Origin: Polyangiaceae bacterium
GTDB lineage: Bacteria; Myxococcota_A; Polyangia; Polyangiales; Polyangiaceae
DNA: 64,000 bases
Assembly: GCA_044222475.1 (NCBI GenBank)
Contig: JBGANF010000003.1
Location: forward strand, 79,644-143,643
Direction: 5' to 3'
The notes under the pieces were generated by a model. The model saw nothing but the letters and a program-made list of their open reading frames with translations. It was not told the origin of the DNA and did no database searches. The translations under genes were made by a program, and so were the position numbers. Shown piece by piece: positions 38,381 to 48,738 of the stretch (position 1 is its first letter; the number at the start of each line of letters is the position of its first letter).

Positions 38381-41300
38381 CTAGCGCATCAGCCTCGCGT
38401 GCACGGGGAGCGCGAGGAACTCCTCTCGGGTGGGCCCGTCGGCGATCTTCGCCGCCAGGCCTTGGATCCACTCCCGGCCTTCTCGGGCGACGGTCGCGGC
38501 TTCTTCGGTCCGACCGGCAGCTTCGAGTGCCTCGCGACGAACGGCGCGCACGAGGGCCTCGACCTCGTCGAGGCCCGTTCGTTGCGGGAGCTCGGCGAGT
38601 GCTTCGTCGGCTCGGGTGATGGCCTCGCTGATCTTTCCGAGCCCGACCTGCGCTTGCGCGAGCGCAGCGAGCGCGTAGACCCGCTGCATCGCCAGGCTCG
38701 AGCGATTCAACGCGTCCAGCGCGTCGCGCTCCGCTTCGTCGAATCGGCCGCCGAGCGCGTAGATGATTGACCGGTACGTGAGCGCGAACGACGCGTACCA
38801 CTTGTCTCCCATCGACATGAACCGATGGATCGACGTGGTCTCGACCGCGAGCCCGTCTTCGATCTGGCCACGGTACGCGAGGACGAGGCCGATGTTGTGC
38901 TCGGCGGTGGCGACGATCTGGACGAGCCCGAGCGTCTTTGCGGTCTCGAGAGCTTCGCGCAGAGCGCGCTCGGCATCATCGAGCCGGCCGAGCGCGAGGT
39001 GCCCGAAGCCGACGTTCATCTCTTGATTGCACGCCGCGCGAAGATCACCGGCCTCGGTGAAGAAGCGCGCCGCCTCGGCATCGAGACGGGCCGCGCTCAG
39101 CGCATCGTCCGCCCATCGCGCGCGGTGCGCCCGAGACAGCGCGACGTGCGCGGCGACGATGGGGTCGCTGTCGACGTGGGGCTCGACCGCCTCGATCTCG
39201 GCGAAGACGCGCCGTCCCGCCTCGCCCGCCCCCGAGATCACGAGCAGCCACGCCATGCGCGTCAGCGCGACGAGGTACGCCGAGCGCGCGCTCGCGGGTG
39301 GCTCGCGCTCGAACAAACTCTGCGCGAGCGACTCCGCTCGTTCGCGGTTGCCGCGACGACTCGCTTGAACCGCGGCCTCCGCGGTCGCCTGGTAGTAGTC
39401 CGGCGTCCACGGCTCGAGCTCGGCGCGCGCGGCGAGCGCGGCGGCCTCGCCCTCCACGAGCTCCCCCCGCCAGCGGTGCGCCTCGGCCTCGAGGATCAGC
39501 AAGGCGCCTCGTTGCGCGGGCTCGGGCCCGCACGCGAGCGCCCGTCGGATGTGCGAGAGGACCACGTCGAGATCGTTGCCGGCCATCGCCTGGTGCGCCG
39601 CCCGCTGCCAATGCCCCGCGGCTGCCGCCGGATCTCCGCCGAGCTCCAGGTGCTCCGCGACCGCGGCTGCGTCCGTCTCGCCCACGGATGCGAGCCACTG
39701 CCCCGCGAGGCGGTGCCCGATCGCGCGGTCCGCCTCGGGCAGCGTCGCGTACGCGGCATCGCGAACGACGGCATGGCGAAACGTGAGCTCGCGTTGCCCC
39801 TCGAAGCGGCTGTCGGTGCGAACGGTGACGAGCTCGCGCGCGATGAGCTCGTGGAGCGCGGCGTCGACCGTCGAGGCGTCGTCGCCGAGCAGAACCCGAA
39901 CGCCGTCGACCCAGAAGGCACCGCCGAACACGCTCGCAGCGCGAAGGATACGGCGCGCGCCGAAGCTCTGTGCGTCGAGACGACTCTGAACCATCGCGAT
40001 GACGGTCTCGGGGAGCGCACCCTCGCCGCCCTCGGCGACGGCGCGGAGGACCTCTTCGAGGTAGAACGCGTTTCCGGCCGCGAGGTCGAGCGCACGCGCG
40101 ACGACCGCGGGACTCACGCCCTCGCCGAGGACCGCGTGCGCAAGTGACTCGGCGGCGCGCCGGTTCAGCGGTGCGAGCGCGATCCGCTCGAGCTGACGCT
40201 CGCGCCAGAGGCCGGGAAAAATGTCTTCGACCTCGGGACGAGCGAGCGCGACGACGAAGAGCGGCGCGTTCTCGGCGACGCGGAGCAACCCGTCGACCGC
40301 GCGGATCGTCGCCGGATCGGCCCAGTGAAGATCCTCGAGGACGAGCACCACCGGCCGAGCGCGACTCTCCGCCTCGCAGAGCTCCTGCGCCGCGCGACGA
40401 AACTGGTCGCCCAAGACCACGGCGTCTCGCCGCGCGGTCTGGAGAAGGCGAAACGCGTGGTGCTCGGCCTCCCCTTGCGGATCGCTGGTCTCGAAGGGAG
40501 CTCCGAGCTGCTCGGCGAGGAACAACGTGATGCGAGCGGCCGCGTCGGCGGAAAAACGTGGGCTGACGCGGCTGCGGATGCGGTCCTGCGCTGCCGCGCG
40601 GGCCACGCCGGTCGCGAGCCCGAACGCGCGACGCAGCGCGTCCGCCAGGACGTAGCCCGGCGAAGCGGTGCGCGTCGGATCGCCGCGACCGATCCATACG
40701 TGCGGTGGAGACGGCCGCACCGCGAGCAGGCTCAGCAGCTCGTGGCGCAGGCGCGACTTTCCCGTCCCTGCCGGTCCGGTGATCAGGACGGCGCGAGCCG
40801 CTCCCTCCTCTTCGCAGCCCTCGTACCCGGACTCGAGCAACCTCAGCTCGCGCGTGCGCCCGACGAAGGGGGTCGGTCGTCCGAGGAGGCGACGCGTCTC
40901 CATCCCCCGCTCGACCTCGGCGACGAGCTCGACGTCTTCGCCGCGGATGACCTCGAAGCGCTCGTCGAGGAGCGCTGCGGTCAGCGCGTCGATGTGAACG
41001 TGACCAGCGCGCACGCGCTGGCCGATCTCGGCGACGCGGTCGAGCGCCTCTCCGATGGGGAGCCGCTCCTTCACCACGCTCCGACCCGTCGCCACCGCGA
41101 CGCCACGCTCGGGGAGCACCGCGCGCAGCGCGAGCGCGGCCCGCGCGGCGAGCGCCGCTTGATCGCGCGCCGACCCGCGACGAGAGAACGCTGCGACGAC
41201 GCTTCCGTCGGCGAGCGTCTCGACGGATGCCTCGAAGCGCGCGAGCGCGTGGTGGATGTGATCCTTGCGGACCACCGTGTCGCTGTCGAGCAGCGTCTCG

Positions 41301-42241
41301 TCGGACGCCACCGCGCGGCCACCACGCACGAGCAAGACGCACACGATGCCGACCTCGGCCTCGGTGATCTGGGGCCGCGACTCCTGCGGGCGCGGCACCA
41401 CGACCGACCGGCGGCTCGACGCGACGTCGAGCGCATCGAGCGCGCCGACGACGTCGCGCATCGTGGGCCGAGCGTCCGGCTCCTTCGCCAGCATGGAGAG
41501 CAGGAGCGCTTCGACCGCTGGAGGCAGACTCGGGACGACGCTCCGTGGCGGAGTGGGATCCTCGAGGAGGATCCTCGCGAGCACGGCGAGCATGTCGTGG
41601 CCTTCGAAGGCGCGGACGCCGGTGAAGCACTCGTAGAGCACGCAGCCGAGCGAGAAGGTGTCGGCGCGGGCGCTGACGTCGCGGTCACCGCGAGCTTGCT
41701 CCGGAGCCATGTAGCGCGGCGTTCCCACCGTGACGCCGGTCTGGGTCGCGCCGGGGGTGGCGAGCACGCGCGCCACGCCGAAATCGAGCAATTTCGGCGT
41801 GCGCGGATCGCCGCCGACGAGGAACACGTTCGCTGGCTTCACGTCGCGGTGGACGACACCGGCATCGTGGGCGGCGGCGAGCGCGGAAGCCAGCGTCCGG
41901 CCGAGCGCGACCGCGTCGTCGAACGCGATGGGCTCCTGGCGCATGCGCCGCTGGAGCTCCTCGCCCTCGAGCCACTCCATCGCGAGGTACGGCTTCCCGT
42001 CGGTCGTCGCGCCGTGCCCCACGAGCCGAACGATGGCCGGATGATCGAGCGACTGGAGAACGCCTACCTCCTGCTCGAAGCGCTGGAGGGCGATCGGATC
42101 GAGAGACGTCTCACGCGCGATCTTGATCGCGACTTTCTGTCCCGTGCTCGCGTCGCGGGCGCGGTACACGACGGCCATTCCACCGCCGGCGGCGATGGCC
42201 TCCATCGCGAATCGGCCTTCGAGGACGGACCCGGGCTGCAC
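38381..42241 (-). CDS. Ser/Thr kinase - AAA (STAND-like) ATPase - TPR multidomain protein
   Basis: GGMAVVY, HRDVKPAN, DFG and GTPRYMAPE; FVGRTREL, GPAGTGKS, LVLEDLHWAD and AGNAFYLEE; helical C-terminal repeats. Confidence 0.9.
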   Translation of the reverse strand: MQPGSVLEGRFAMEAIAAGGGMAVVYRARDASTGQKVAIKIARETSLDPIALQRFEQEVGVLQSLDHPAIVRLVGHGATTDGKPYLAMEWLEGEELQRRMRQEPIAFDDAVALGRTLASALAAAHDAGVVHRDVKPANVFLVGGDPRTPKLLDFGVARVLATPGATQTGVTVGTPRYMAPEQARGDRDVSARADTFSLGCVLYECFTGVRAFEGHDMLAVLARILLEDPTPPRSVVPSLPPAVEALLLSMLAKEPDARPTMRDVVGALDALDVASSRRSVVVPRPQESRPQITEAEVGIVCVLLVRGGRAVASDETLLDSDTVVRKDHIHHALARFEASVETLADGSVVAAFSRRGSARDQAALAARAALALRAVLPERGVAVATGRSVVKERLPIGEALDRVAEIGQRVRAGHVHIDALTAALLDERFEVIRGEDVELVAEVERGMETRRLLGRPTPFVGRTRELRLLESGYEGCEEEGAARAVLITGPAGTGKSRLRHELLSLLAVRPSPPHVWIGRGDPTRTASPGYVLADALRRAFGLATGVARAAAQDRIRSRVSPRFSADAAARITLFLAEQLGAPFETSDPQGEAEHHAFRLLQTARRDAVVLGDQFRRAAQELCEAESRARPVVLVLEDLHWADPATIRAVDGLLRVAENAPLFVVALARPEVEDIFPGLWRERQLERIALAPLNRRAAESLAHAVLGEGVSPAVVARALDLAAGNAFYLEEVLRAVAEGGEGALPETVIAMVQSRLDAQSFGARRILRAASVFGGAFWVDGVRVLLGDDASTVDAALHELIARELVTVRTDSRFEGQRELTFRHAVVRDAAYATLPEADRAIGHRLAGQWLASVGETDAAAVAEHLELGGDPAAAAGHWQRAAHQAMAGNDLDVVLSHIRRALACGPEPAQRGALLILEAEAHRWRGELVEGEAAALAARAELEPWTPDYYQATAEAAVQASRRGNRERAESLAQSLFEREPPASARSAYLVALTRMAWLLVISGAGEAGRRVFAEIEAVEPHVDSDPIVAAHVALSRAHRARWADDALSAARLDAEAARFFTEAGDLRAACNQEMNVGFGHLALGRLDDAERALREALETAKTLGLVQIVATAEHNIGLVLAYRGQIEDGLAVETTSIHRFMSMGDKWYASFALTYRSIIYALGGRFDEAERDALDALNRSSLAMQRVYALAALAQAQVGLGKISEAITRADEALAELPQRTGLDEVEALVRAVRREALEAAGRTEEAATVAREGREWIQGLAAKIADGPTREEFLALPVHARLMR

Positions 42242-42278
42242 GATCTTCTAGGATACACGGCGCGACCTAGAGAGCGAT

Positions 42279-42396
42279 GAACAGGAAGGGCGGAAGCGCG
42301 GAAGGTAGAGAGGTTTGGGCGGTTTGTGGCGTGGGCGCGCGCCCTTGCAGGCGCGGCACACCCCAAAATCCTTCCGTCCTTCCGCCCTTCCTGTTC
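42279..42396. repeat. Intergenic inverted-repeat element with 27-bp arms built of GGAAG units
   Basis: GAACAGGAAGGGCGGAAGCGCGGAAGG (42279-42305) versus CCTTCCGTCCTTCCGCCCTTCCTGTTC (42370-42396), 2 mismatches. Confidence 0.85.
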
Positions 42397-42421
42397 TCTC
42401 TCTCTTGGGGCGAACCGGCGA

Positions 42422-45400
42422 CTACTCGTCCGCTTTTGGCGGTTCCTCGGCTTGCGCGACATTTGCCTGCGGTGGCGCCTCGGGGGTCGCGGGCGGCGCT
42501 TGCGGTTGCGGCGACGGCTGCGCGTAGCCCGGCGGCACGGCGTATTGCGGCTGCACGATCGGGCGCGGCGGCGACTTCTTCCACAGGCCTCCGTCGCTGA
42601 ACGCGGTCCACCCCCAGCGCAGCCACTTGAGCAGCGCGAGCGCGACCCAGAGCGCCCACGCCAGCATCGCGATGCGGTAGACGATCATCGGCACCGACAC
42701 GACGAGAGCCGTCGGCAGCGCAGCGTCGGAGCGGTCTTGGTACCAGTGGAGGTACTCGTAGGCCGAGCCGTTGCCGCGAACCTGCATCTCCGGCGTGCCG
42801 AGCAGCCCTTGGTGGATCGCCACCGCGAGGAGCACGAGCGCGACCACGGTCCAGAGCCCGAGCAGCACCTGGCGCGTGTTGAACCACCCCGGGGCGAGGT
42901 CCTGGCGCTCCTTGCGCCAGCCCAGCGCGACGAGCCACCCGGCGAAGAGCGCGCCGAGCACGATGGGTACCTGCGAGAGCCCGATCGCGAGCAGCGTCCA
43001 CTGCCACCAGCGGAGGGGCGTCCATCGGATCTTCCCGAGCGCGACGGCGACGCAGAGAAGGACGAGCAAGAGGCTCCAGAAGAGCACCGCCGGTCCGACG
43101 CGCGGGCCGAAGACGAACAGGATCCAACGCGAGCCGGGCTGCACGCTGACCGTCGTGTTGACGCTCGGCGCGCCGAGGTCGACCTGGGGCGTGTGGTATG
43201 CGATCCCGATCGCCGGCGTCTGACGCCACGTGAGCACCACGCTCTGCGCGCCCGGCACGATCGCGATCGTGACCTTGCCGCCGTCCTGCCGTACCGGCTG
43301 CGACACGCCACTGACGGTGATCGTCTCGAGCTCGGCCCCGTCGGGCAGAGTGACGACGTGGTTCGAGCCGCGGCTCGCGCGGATCGACAGCGTGAGCCGG
43401 ACGTCGGTCGCGCGCAGACCAGGGCTCACGTCCATCGCCGACGAGTCGATGGTCAGCGACTGACCTGGCGTGCCGTCGGGACGGCTCAACGCGAGCGTCT
43501 CTTTTTCGCCCGGCCACGGACGAAACTCCGGGAGGTGCGGCATCCCGTCTTGCGCCGCCGCGTGAACGGCCGGGATGCCGGTGAAGGTGCCGTGCCAGAT
43601 CGGACCGACGTCGACGCGCCACACCTCGGTCCAGGTCGTCGCCTTCGGGGCGACGAGATCGAGCGGAGACTTCTGCTCCAGGACCGAGTGCCACTCGGCG
43701 GTCGTCGCCTGTGGGGCGATGTTGATCTGGGCCTTTCCGCCCACGACGCGCACGTCGGCCGTCGTCACCGACTCGCCGGGGAGCAGCGGAACCTCGAGGA
43801 CCACTGCCGCGCCGGTGGGCGTGGTTCGTACCACTTTGGTATCGACCTGCCAGTTGAGACCGATCGAGAGCGTGCGCTCGACGCGAACGAACGGGGGCAG
43901 CGCCCCTGGCTGGAGCGCGCCCGATGCCGTCGTCCCCTCGATGCGTGTAAATTGCAGGTTGTCGTCGGCGAGCCCGTCCTCGTGAACGCCGGCCACCGAC
44001 CAGCCCTTGGCCGTCGCCTCGACGTGGTGGGGCTTGAGCGGAAGCGCGAGCTGGACCGAGTCGCGCTCCGGGAGCTTGCCCTGGAAGACGACTTGGTGCG
44101 CGCCGGCCGGCACGGCCAGCCAGAGCGAGCCATCGCTCGTGCGGAGGAGCGACTTCGCCGCTTGGCCGTCGAGCGAGACGTCGTCGGGGAGCCACTGGCT
44201 CGCGTTGCCGGGGAGCGGCACCGCGGTCGCGGCCGCCGCGTCGAGCGCGAGTCGACCCGAGAGCGTGCCGCCGGCGATGTCGAGCGTGAGCCGACCGCTC
44301 GACGCGCAGTTCGGGAGGCAATCCGGCTTGGCCAGCAGCCTCGCGCGGAGCTCGTCGAGCACCTCCTTGGACGGGATGTCGGCTCGCGCCGAGCCCGGCC
44401 ACAGCGTGATCGCCACGAGGACCGCCGCCGCCGCCGCCGGTCCCCAACCCTTCGGCCAGAAGCGTCCCGTCTGCGGGATCATCCGGAGGAGAACGAACGC
44501 GAGGAGCAGCAAGCGAACGAACGCGAGCGCGAAGTTCGCGGACGGCGGAACGAGCCAGAGGCTGAGGCGCTGGGTGGAGGCGACCGGACCGCTCCACGTG
44601 AGCGGGATCGACGACCAGCTCCACTTGGGGAGGCCCGGTCCCGTTTGGACGACGGCGTTCGGATCGTACGTCTCGGTGTTGAACTGCGCCTGCGGCGACT
44701 TCTTCGCTGGCGTGCTCGCCCAGCCGGTCACCGACGTGCCCGTCGCCATCGGGCTCGGCTGAATCGCCCGATCGGCCGGCACCTCGTTGGCTTTCTGCTC
44801 CAGGGCTTGCCCACCGAAGGTGTCACCCATCTGCCCTTCCTCGCCCTTCGCGCGAGTCCCGGTGCCGCCCTCCTTCTGGTCCATGTCGAATTCGCCGTCG
44901 CGGTAGAGCGCGTCGCCGCTGCCGACCGCGAGGTACTCGTTGGCGAGCACCGGGTACATGCCCTCGCGCACGTGCTGCACGAGGAACGGGATCGCGACGA
45001 GCGTCACGACGACGAGCATCCCGCCGCGCAACCAGCGCGCGATCTTCTGGAACACCCCGTCCGGCAACACGCGCACGAGCGCCTCGGCAGCGAGCACGAC
45101 GAGCCACGTCCACTTCGGAGCGCCGTCCTCGGGGAGCGTGAGCGCGAGCATCACGAGCGCGATCGCGCCCCATCGCCAACCGTGCAACCGACCGATCGCG
45201 ATGGATACGATCAGCGCGAGGAAGATCTCGAGGAGCGACCACTGGTGAATCCACGTCGCCGGGACCTCGTCGACGCCGGACGCATGGAGGAGACGCCAGC
45301 CCGGCGGCAGGTGGAGCGTGCCGGTCACCTGGTGGAAGTCGTGCTTCCACCCGACCGCGGGGATGTCGGACACCGAGCCGACGAGCCGGCTGTCGGCGGT

Positions 45401-46669
45401 GACGTCCAGCGCGCCCTGGCGGACCTCGACGCCCATGTGCGTCGGATCGCCGAGGTGCGTGATGAACTGATCGCGTCCGCCGATGGCGACGCGACCGAGC
45501 GTCGTCGGCGGATCCATCTCGAGGCGCGAGTCGCGGTTGAGCGTGCCGGTGAGCGCGTCCGAGATCGTGAAGCCACCACCGTCGAAGTCGAGCCACAACG
45601 TTCGGCGCAGCGTGAGCATGTTGGGCGGCGGATCGGCGTCGCCGCGGCGCCGCTCCTCGAACCCGAGCTCGTCGCCGACCTTCATCGGATACGCGGGCAG
45701 CTTCTTCCACGCCTCCGGGAGGCTCGTCTGGGCGGGATCGATCGAGCTCGGACCCTTGATGTCGACGAGGCGAAGGTCGGGTTTGGCTTCGAACGTCCAG
45801 ACCTCTTCCCCTTCCCGCCACGGGCCCTCGGGCGCCGGTCGTTTGACGGACGCGGTCGCGCCTTCGCTGCGGGCGACGAGCTCGATGCTCCATCGACCCG
45901 GCCGCACTTGAACGCGAAGACGGCTGTCCGACTCGAGGCGTGCCGGCAGCTGGCTGTCGAGCGACATGGGGACGAAGCCGGGCGGGAGCGCCTTTCCGAG
46001 GAGGACCTCGCGGCTCTTGCCGGCGACGTCGAGCTCGAGGTGGGTCGTCAGAAGCAGCGGGATGTCGTCGGTGATCTTGCGATGCGCGAGGATCTCGAGC
46101 TTCTCCCCTTCTTCGGCGGTCGTCGTCTTCTGGAGGAAGACGTTGCCTCCAGCGTCACGGTTCGGCGACGCGACGACGGCACCGCGAAGAGTGAGCGTCA
46201 GAAGTCCGGTCTCCGGCGGAACGCGCAACGACTCGGGCGGCGAGTCCCACGCGAAGCTCCCGGTGACGACGTGGTCACCGGCCGCGAGACGCACGGTGGG
46301 AACCGCCGCGCCGGTGATCACCACCGCGCTGGTGCCGTCGACCTTGGTGTCGAGCGGCCAGCGCTTCTCGTCTCCCGGCAGAGGCACCCACCCCGGGGCA
46401 TCGACGTGCCACCGTTGGCTGAAGCGTCCGCCCTTCTCGTCGACGACGAGCTCGAGCCGCGAAGGCCAGACGCACCGCACGGCGTCCTTCTGTCCTTGGA
46501 GCGTCGGGCAGAGCGCGCTCCCCGAGTCCGCGAGCGCCCAGTCGGTCCAGGGCTTCAGCGGCTCGGGGACGTTCTTCCGATCGAGCGGCTCGGCGGCGAG
46601 GATCGCCGGCGCGAACACGAGTGCGAGGACGACGAGGACGAGCGCGTGCGCGCGAGCGAGGTACGGCAT
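42422..46669 (-). CDS. Large membrane protein of unknown function (~1415 aa)
   Basis: Signal peptide; two beta-rich extracytoplasmic halves, each followed by TM clusters; TATGCT 7 nt upstream of the ATG at 46669. Confidence 0.8.
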   Translation of the reverse strand: MPYLARAHALVLVVLALVFAPAILAAEPLDRKNVPEPLKPWTDWALADSGSALCPTLQGQKDAVRCVWPSRLELVVDEKGGRFSQRWHVDAPGWVPLPGDEKRWPLDTKVDGTSAVVITGAAVPTVRLAAGDHVVTGSFAWDSPPESLRVPPETGLLTLTLRGAVVASPNRDAGGNVFLQKTTTAEEGEKLEILAHRKITDDIPLLLTTHLELDVAGKSREVLLGKALPPGFVPMSLDSQLPARLESDSRLRVQVRPGRWSIELVARSEGATASVKRPAPEGPWREGEEVWTFEAKPDLRLVDIKGPSSIDPAQTSLPEAWKKLPAYPMKVGDELGFEERRRGDADPPPNMLTLRRTLWLDFDGGGFTISDALTGTLNRDSRLEMDPPTTLGRVAIGGRDQFITHLGDPTHMGVEVRQGALDVTADSRLVGSVSDIPAVGWKHDFHQVTGTLHLPPGWRLLHASGVDEVPATWIHQWSLLEIFLALIVSIAIGRLHGWRWGAIALVMLALTLPEDGAPKWTWLVVLAAEALVRVLPDGVFQKIARWLRGGMLVVVTLVAIPFLVQHVREGMYPVLANEYLAVGSGDALYRDGEFDMDQKEGGTGTRAKGEEGQMGDTFGGQALEQKANEVPADRAIQPSPMATGTSVTGWASTPAKKSPQAQFNTETYDPNAVVQTGPGLPKWSWSSIPLTWSGPVASTQRLSLWLVPPSANFALAFVRLLLLAFVLLRMIPQTGRFWPKGWGPAAAAAVLVAITLWPGSARADIPSKEVLDELRARLLAKPDCLPNCASSGRLTLDIAGGTLSGRLALDAAAATAVPLPGNASQWLPDDVSLDGQAAKSLLRTSDGSLWLAVPAGAHQVVFQGKLPERDSVQLALPLKPHHVEATAKGWSVAGVHEDGLADDNLQFTRIEGTTASGALQPGALPPFVRVERTLSIGLNWQVDTKVVRTTPTGAAVVLEVPLLPGESVTTADVRVVGGKAQINIAPQATTAEWHSVLEQKSPLDLVAPKATTWTEVWRVDVGPIWHGTFTGIPAVHAAAQDGMPHLPEFRPWPGEKETLALSRPDGTPGQSLTIDSSAMDVSPGLRATDVRLTLSIRASRGSNHVVTLPDGAELETITVSGVSQPVRQDGGKVTIAIVPGAQSVVLTWRQTPAIGIAYHTPQVDLGAPSVNTTVSVQPGSRWILFVFGPRVGPAVLFWSLLLVLLCVAVALGKIRWTPLRWWQWTLLAIGLSQVPIVLGALFAGWLVALGWRKERQDLAPGWFNTRQVLLGLWTVVALVLLAVAIHQGLLGTPEMQVRGNGSAYEYLHWYQDRSDAALPTALVVSVPMIVYRIAMLAWALWVALALLKWLRWGWTAFSDGGLWKKSPPRPIVQPQYAVPPGYAQPSPQPQAPPATPEAPPQANVAQAEEPPKADE

Positions 46670-46696
46670 GCGGGCGAGCATAGCCCTGCATGGTCG

Positions 46697-47470
46697 TCAA
46701 TGCGCGAGCCAACCCGCATCCATCGCGAACGCGGTGCCGGTGATGGACGCGGCCGCGTTCGAGCAGAGGAACGCGACGCACTCGCCGACCTCTTCCGGCT
46801 CGATCAGACGCTTCTGGGCGTTCTGGGTCAAGAGTACGCGCTCGGTGACTTCGCTCTCGTCCATGCCGTGGACGCGCGCTTGGTCGGCGATCTGCTTCTC
46901 GACGAGCGGCGTGCGCACGTACGAAGGGCATACCGTGTTCACCGTGACGTTCGGCGATCGCGCCGCTGCTTCGAGGGCGACCGACTTGGTGAACCCCATG
47001 AGCCCGTGCTTCGCCGACACGTACGCGGACTTGTACGGCGAAGCGACGAGGCTGTGGACGGAGCCGACGTTGACGACCCGCCCCCAGTTCTTCGCGAACA
47101 TGCGCGGGAGGAGCTTCTGAACCAGGAGAAACGGCGCGGTGAGCATCGTCGCGAGGAGGAGATCCCACTTCGCCTCCTCGAACTCTTCGACCGGCCGCAC
47201 GTGCTGGAGCCCGGCGTTGTTGACGAGGATGTCGACCTCGCCGGCCTCCCGCGCGAGGCGATGAAGCGACTCGCGCGAGGAGAGATCCGCGACGATCGCG
47301 CGAGCGCGCGGCACGCCGGCCGCGACGTCGCGGAGGAGATCCTCTTGGATGTCGCTCATCACGACCTCCGCGCCGGCCGCCTCCAGCGCGCGCGCGACCG
47401 CCAACCCGATGCCGGACGCGGCGCCCGTGACGAGCGCGCGCCGACCGTTCAAGAACTCACCTCGCGTCAT
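46697..47470 (-). CDS. bdhA: 3-hydroxybutyrate dehydrogenase (SDR)
   Basis: TGAASGIG, NNAGLQHV, SVHSLVASPYKSAYVSAKHG and YVRTPLVEKQI; directly downstream of phaZ. Confidence 0.88.
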   Translation of the reverse strand: MTRGEFLNGRRALVTGAASGIGLAVARALEAAGAEVVMSDIQEDLLRDVAAGVPRARAIVADLSSRESLHRLAREAGEVDILVNNAGLQHVRPVEEFEEAKWDLLLATMLTAPFLLVQKLLPRMFAKNWGRVVNVGSVHSLVASPYKSAYVSAKHGLMGFTKSVALEAAARSPNVTVNTVCPSYVRTPLVEKQIADQARVHGMDESEVTERVLLTQNAQKRLIEPEEVGECVAFLCSNAAASITGTAFAMDAGWLAH

Positions 47471-48704
47471 GACCGTTGCTCCTCGAGTCGTGTTTGCGGA
47501 TGAAGTCGTGGAGGCGCGGGTAGATCACCTCGCGCCATCGACGTCCGCTGAAGATCCCGTAGTGACCGCACCCCGGCGCGGTGAAGTGCTCTTTGCGCGC
47601 GGGCTCGATGCCGGTGCACAGGTCGTGCGCGGCTTGGGTCTGCCCGCTGCCCGAGATGTCGTCGAGCTCGCCCTCGATCGTGAAGAGCGCGACGCTCGTG
47701 ATGTTCTCCGGAGCGACCCGGACGCCGCCGACGTGCCACGTGCCGCGCGGGAGGGCGTGGTCCTGGAAGACGACCTTGATCGTGTCGAGGTAGTACTCGG
47801 CCGGCATGTCGAGGACGGCGTTGTATTCGTCGTAGAAGCGGCGGTGCGCTTCGGCGCTCTCGTCGTCGCCTTTGACGAGATCCTTGTAGAAGTCCCAGTG
47901 CGACTGAAAATGCTTGTCCGGGTTCATCGCGACGAACCCGCCGAGCTGGAGGAAGCCGGGGTACACGCGGCGGAGGTAGCCGGGGTAGGCCTCGGGCACC
48001 TTGCAGATGACCGTGTTCTCGAACCACTCGTAGGGCTCGCGCGTGGCGAGGTCGTTCACGGCGGTCGGGCTGCGACGCGTGTCGATGGGGCCGCCCATGA
48101 GGGTCATCGTGCGCGGGAGGTTCGGCTCGCCGGCGGTCGCCATCAGGGAGATCGCGGCGAGCACCGGCACGGTGGGCTGGCACACCGAGAGCACGTGGAC
48201 GCCTTCGCCGAGCACGCCGAGGAACTCGCGGACGTAGGCGACGTAGTCGTCGAGGCCGAACGCGCCCTCGGACAGCGGGACGTCGCGCGCATCGAGCCAG
48301 TCGGTGACGTAGACGTCGTGGGAGTGCAGGAGCTGGCGAACGGTGTCGCGGAGGAGCGTCGCGTGGTGGCCGGAGAGCGGGGCGACGACGAGGACGACCG
48401 GATCGCGTCCGGCGGGGACACCCGCTCGGACGAAGTGGATGAGGTTGCAGAACGACTCGTGGAGGACGATCTCCTCGCGGACCGCGACGGTGGTGCCGTC
48501 GGACAGCGTGGTCTCGTCGAGGCCGAAGGCCGGCTTCTCGTAGACCTTGCCGATGCGGGCGAAGAGCTCGTAGCCGGCGGCGATGCGCTCGGCGAACGGG
48601 AAGCCCGAGAGCGGGCCGTCTCCCCAGAGCGAGACGCCGATCTCGGCGAACCTGGTGAGGGGGTTCAGGATGGTGCGGTTCGCCTCGTAGAGTTCGTAGA
48701 GCAC
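47457..48704 (-). CDS. phaZ: Intracellular polyhydroxyalkanoate depolymerase (PhaZa type, catalytic Cys)
   Basis: MLYELYE, VAPLSGHHATLLR, VYVTDW, VCQP, MGGPID, RRVYPGFLQL, EGELDDISG and GHYGIFSGRRW. Confidence 0.93.
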   Translation of the reverse strand: MLYELYEANRTILNPLTRFAEIGVSLWGDGPLSGFPFAERIAAGYELFARIGKVYEKPAFGLDETTLSDGTTVAVREEIVLHESFCNLIHFVRAGVPAGRDPVVLVVAPLSGHHATLLRDTVRQLLHSHDVYVTDWLDARDVPLSEGAFGLDDYVAYVREFLGVLGEGVHVLSVCQPTVPVLAAISLMATAGEPNLPRTMTLMGGPIDTRRSPTAVNDLATREPYEWFENTVICKVPEAYPGYLRRVYPGFLQLGGFVAMNPDKHFQSHWDFYKDLVKGDDESAEAHRRFYDEYNAVLDMPAEYYLDTIKVVFQDHALPRGTWHVGGVRVAPENITSVALFTIEGELDDISGSGQTQAAHDLCTGIEPARKEHFTAPGCGHYGIFSGRRWREVIYPRLHDFIRKHDSRSNGHDAR

Positions 48705-48710
48705 CTGGCC

Positions 48711-48738
48711 ACTCTATGTTGCATCGCAACAAATGCAA
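48711..48738 (-). promoter_or_regulatory. Sigma70-type leaderless promoter of phaZ with a PhaR-type operator in the spacer
   Basis: Minus strand: TTGCAT-16 nt-TAGAGT-6 nt-GTG. The spacer holds the palindrome TGTTGC-N3-GCAACA (48717-48731). Confidence 0.7.

Noticed and set aside
38381..42241. Kinase-ATPase-TPR and the terminal STAND-TPR gene (62156-64000) as anti-phage Avs-type systems
   Set aside because: These architectures are common signalling proteins in myxobacteria. No nuclease or other effector domain and no defence-island context is visible.
42326..47503. 1725-aa plus-strand ORF and similar long ORFs (35105-38065 minus, 21478-24318 minus, 58472-60931 plus)
   Set aside because: Antisense shadows of real genes in high-GC DNA; Arg-rich and without recognisable motifs.
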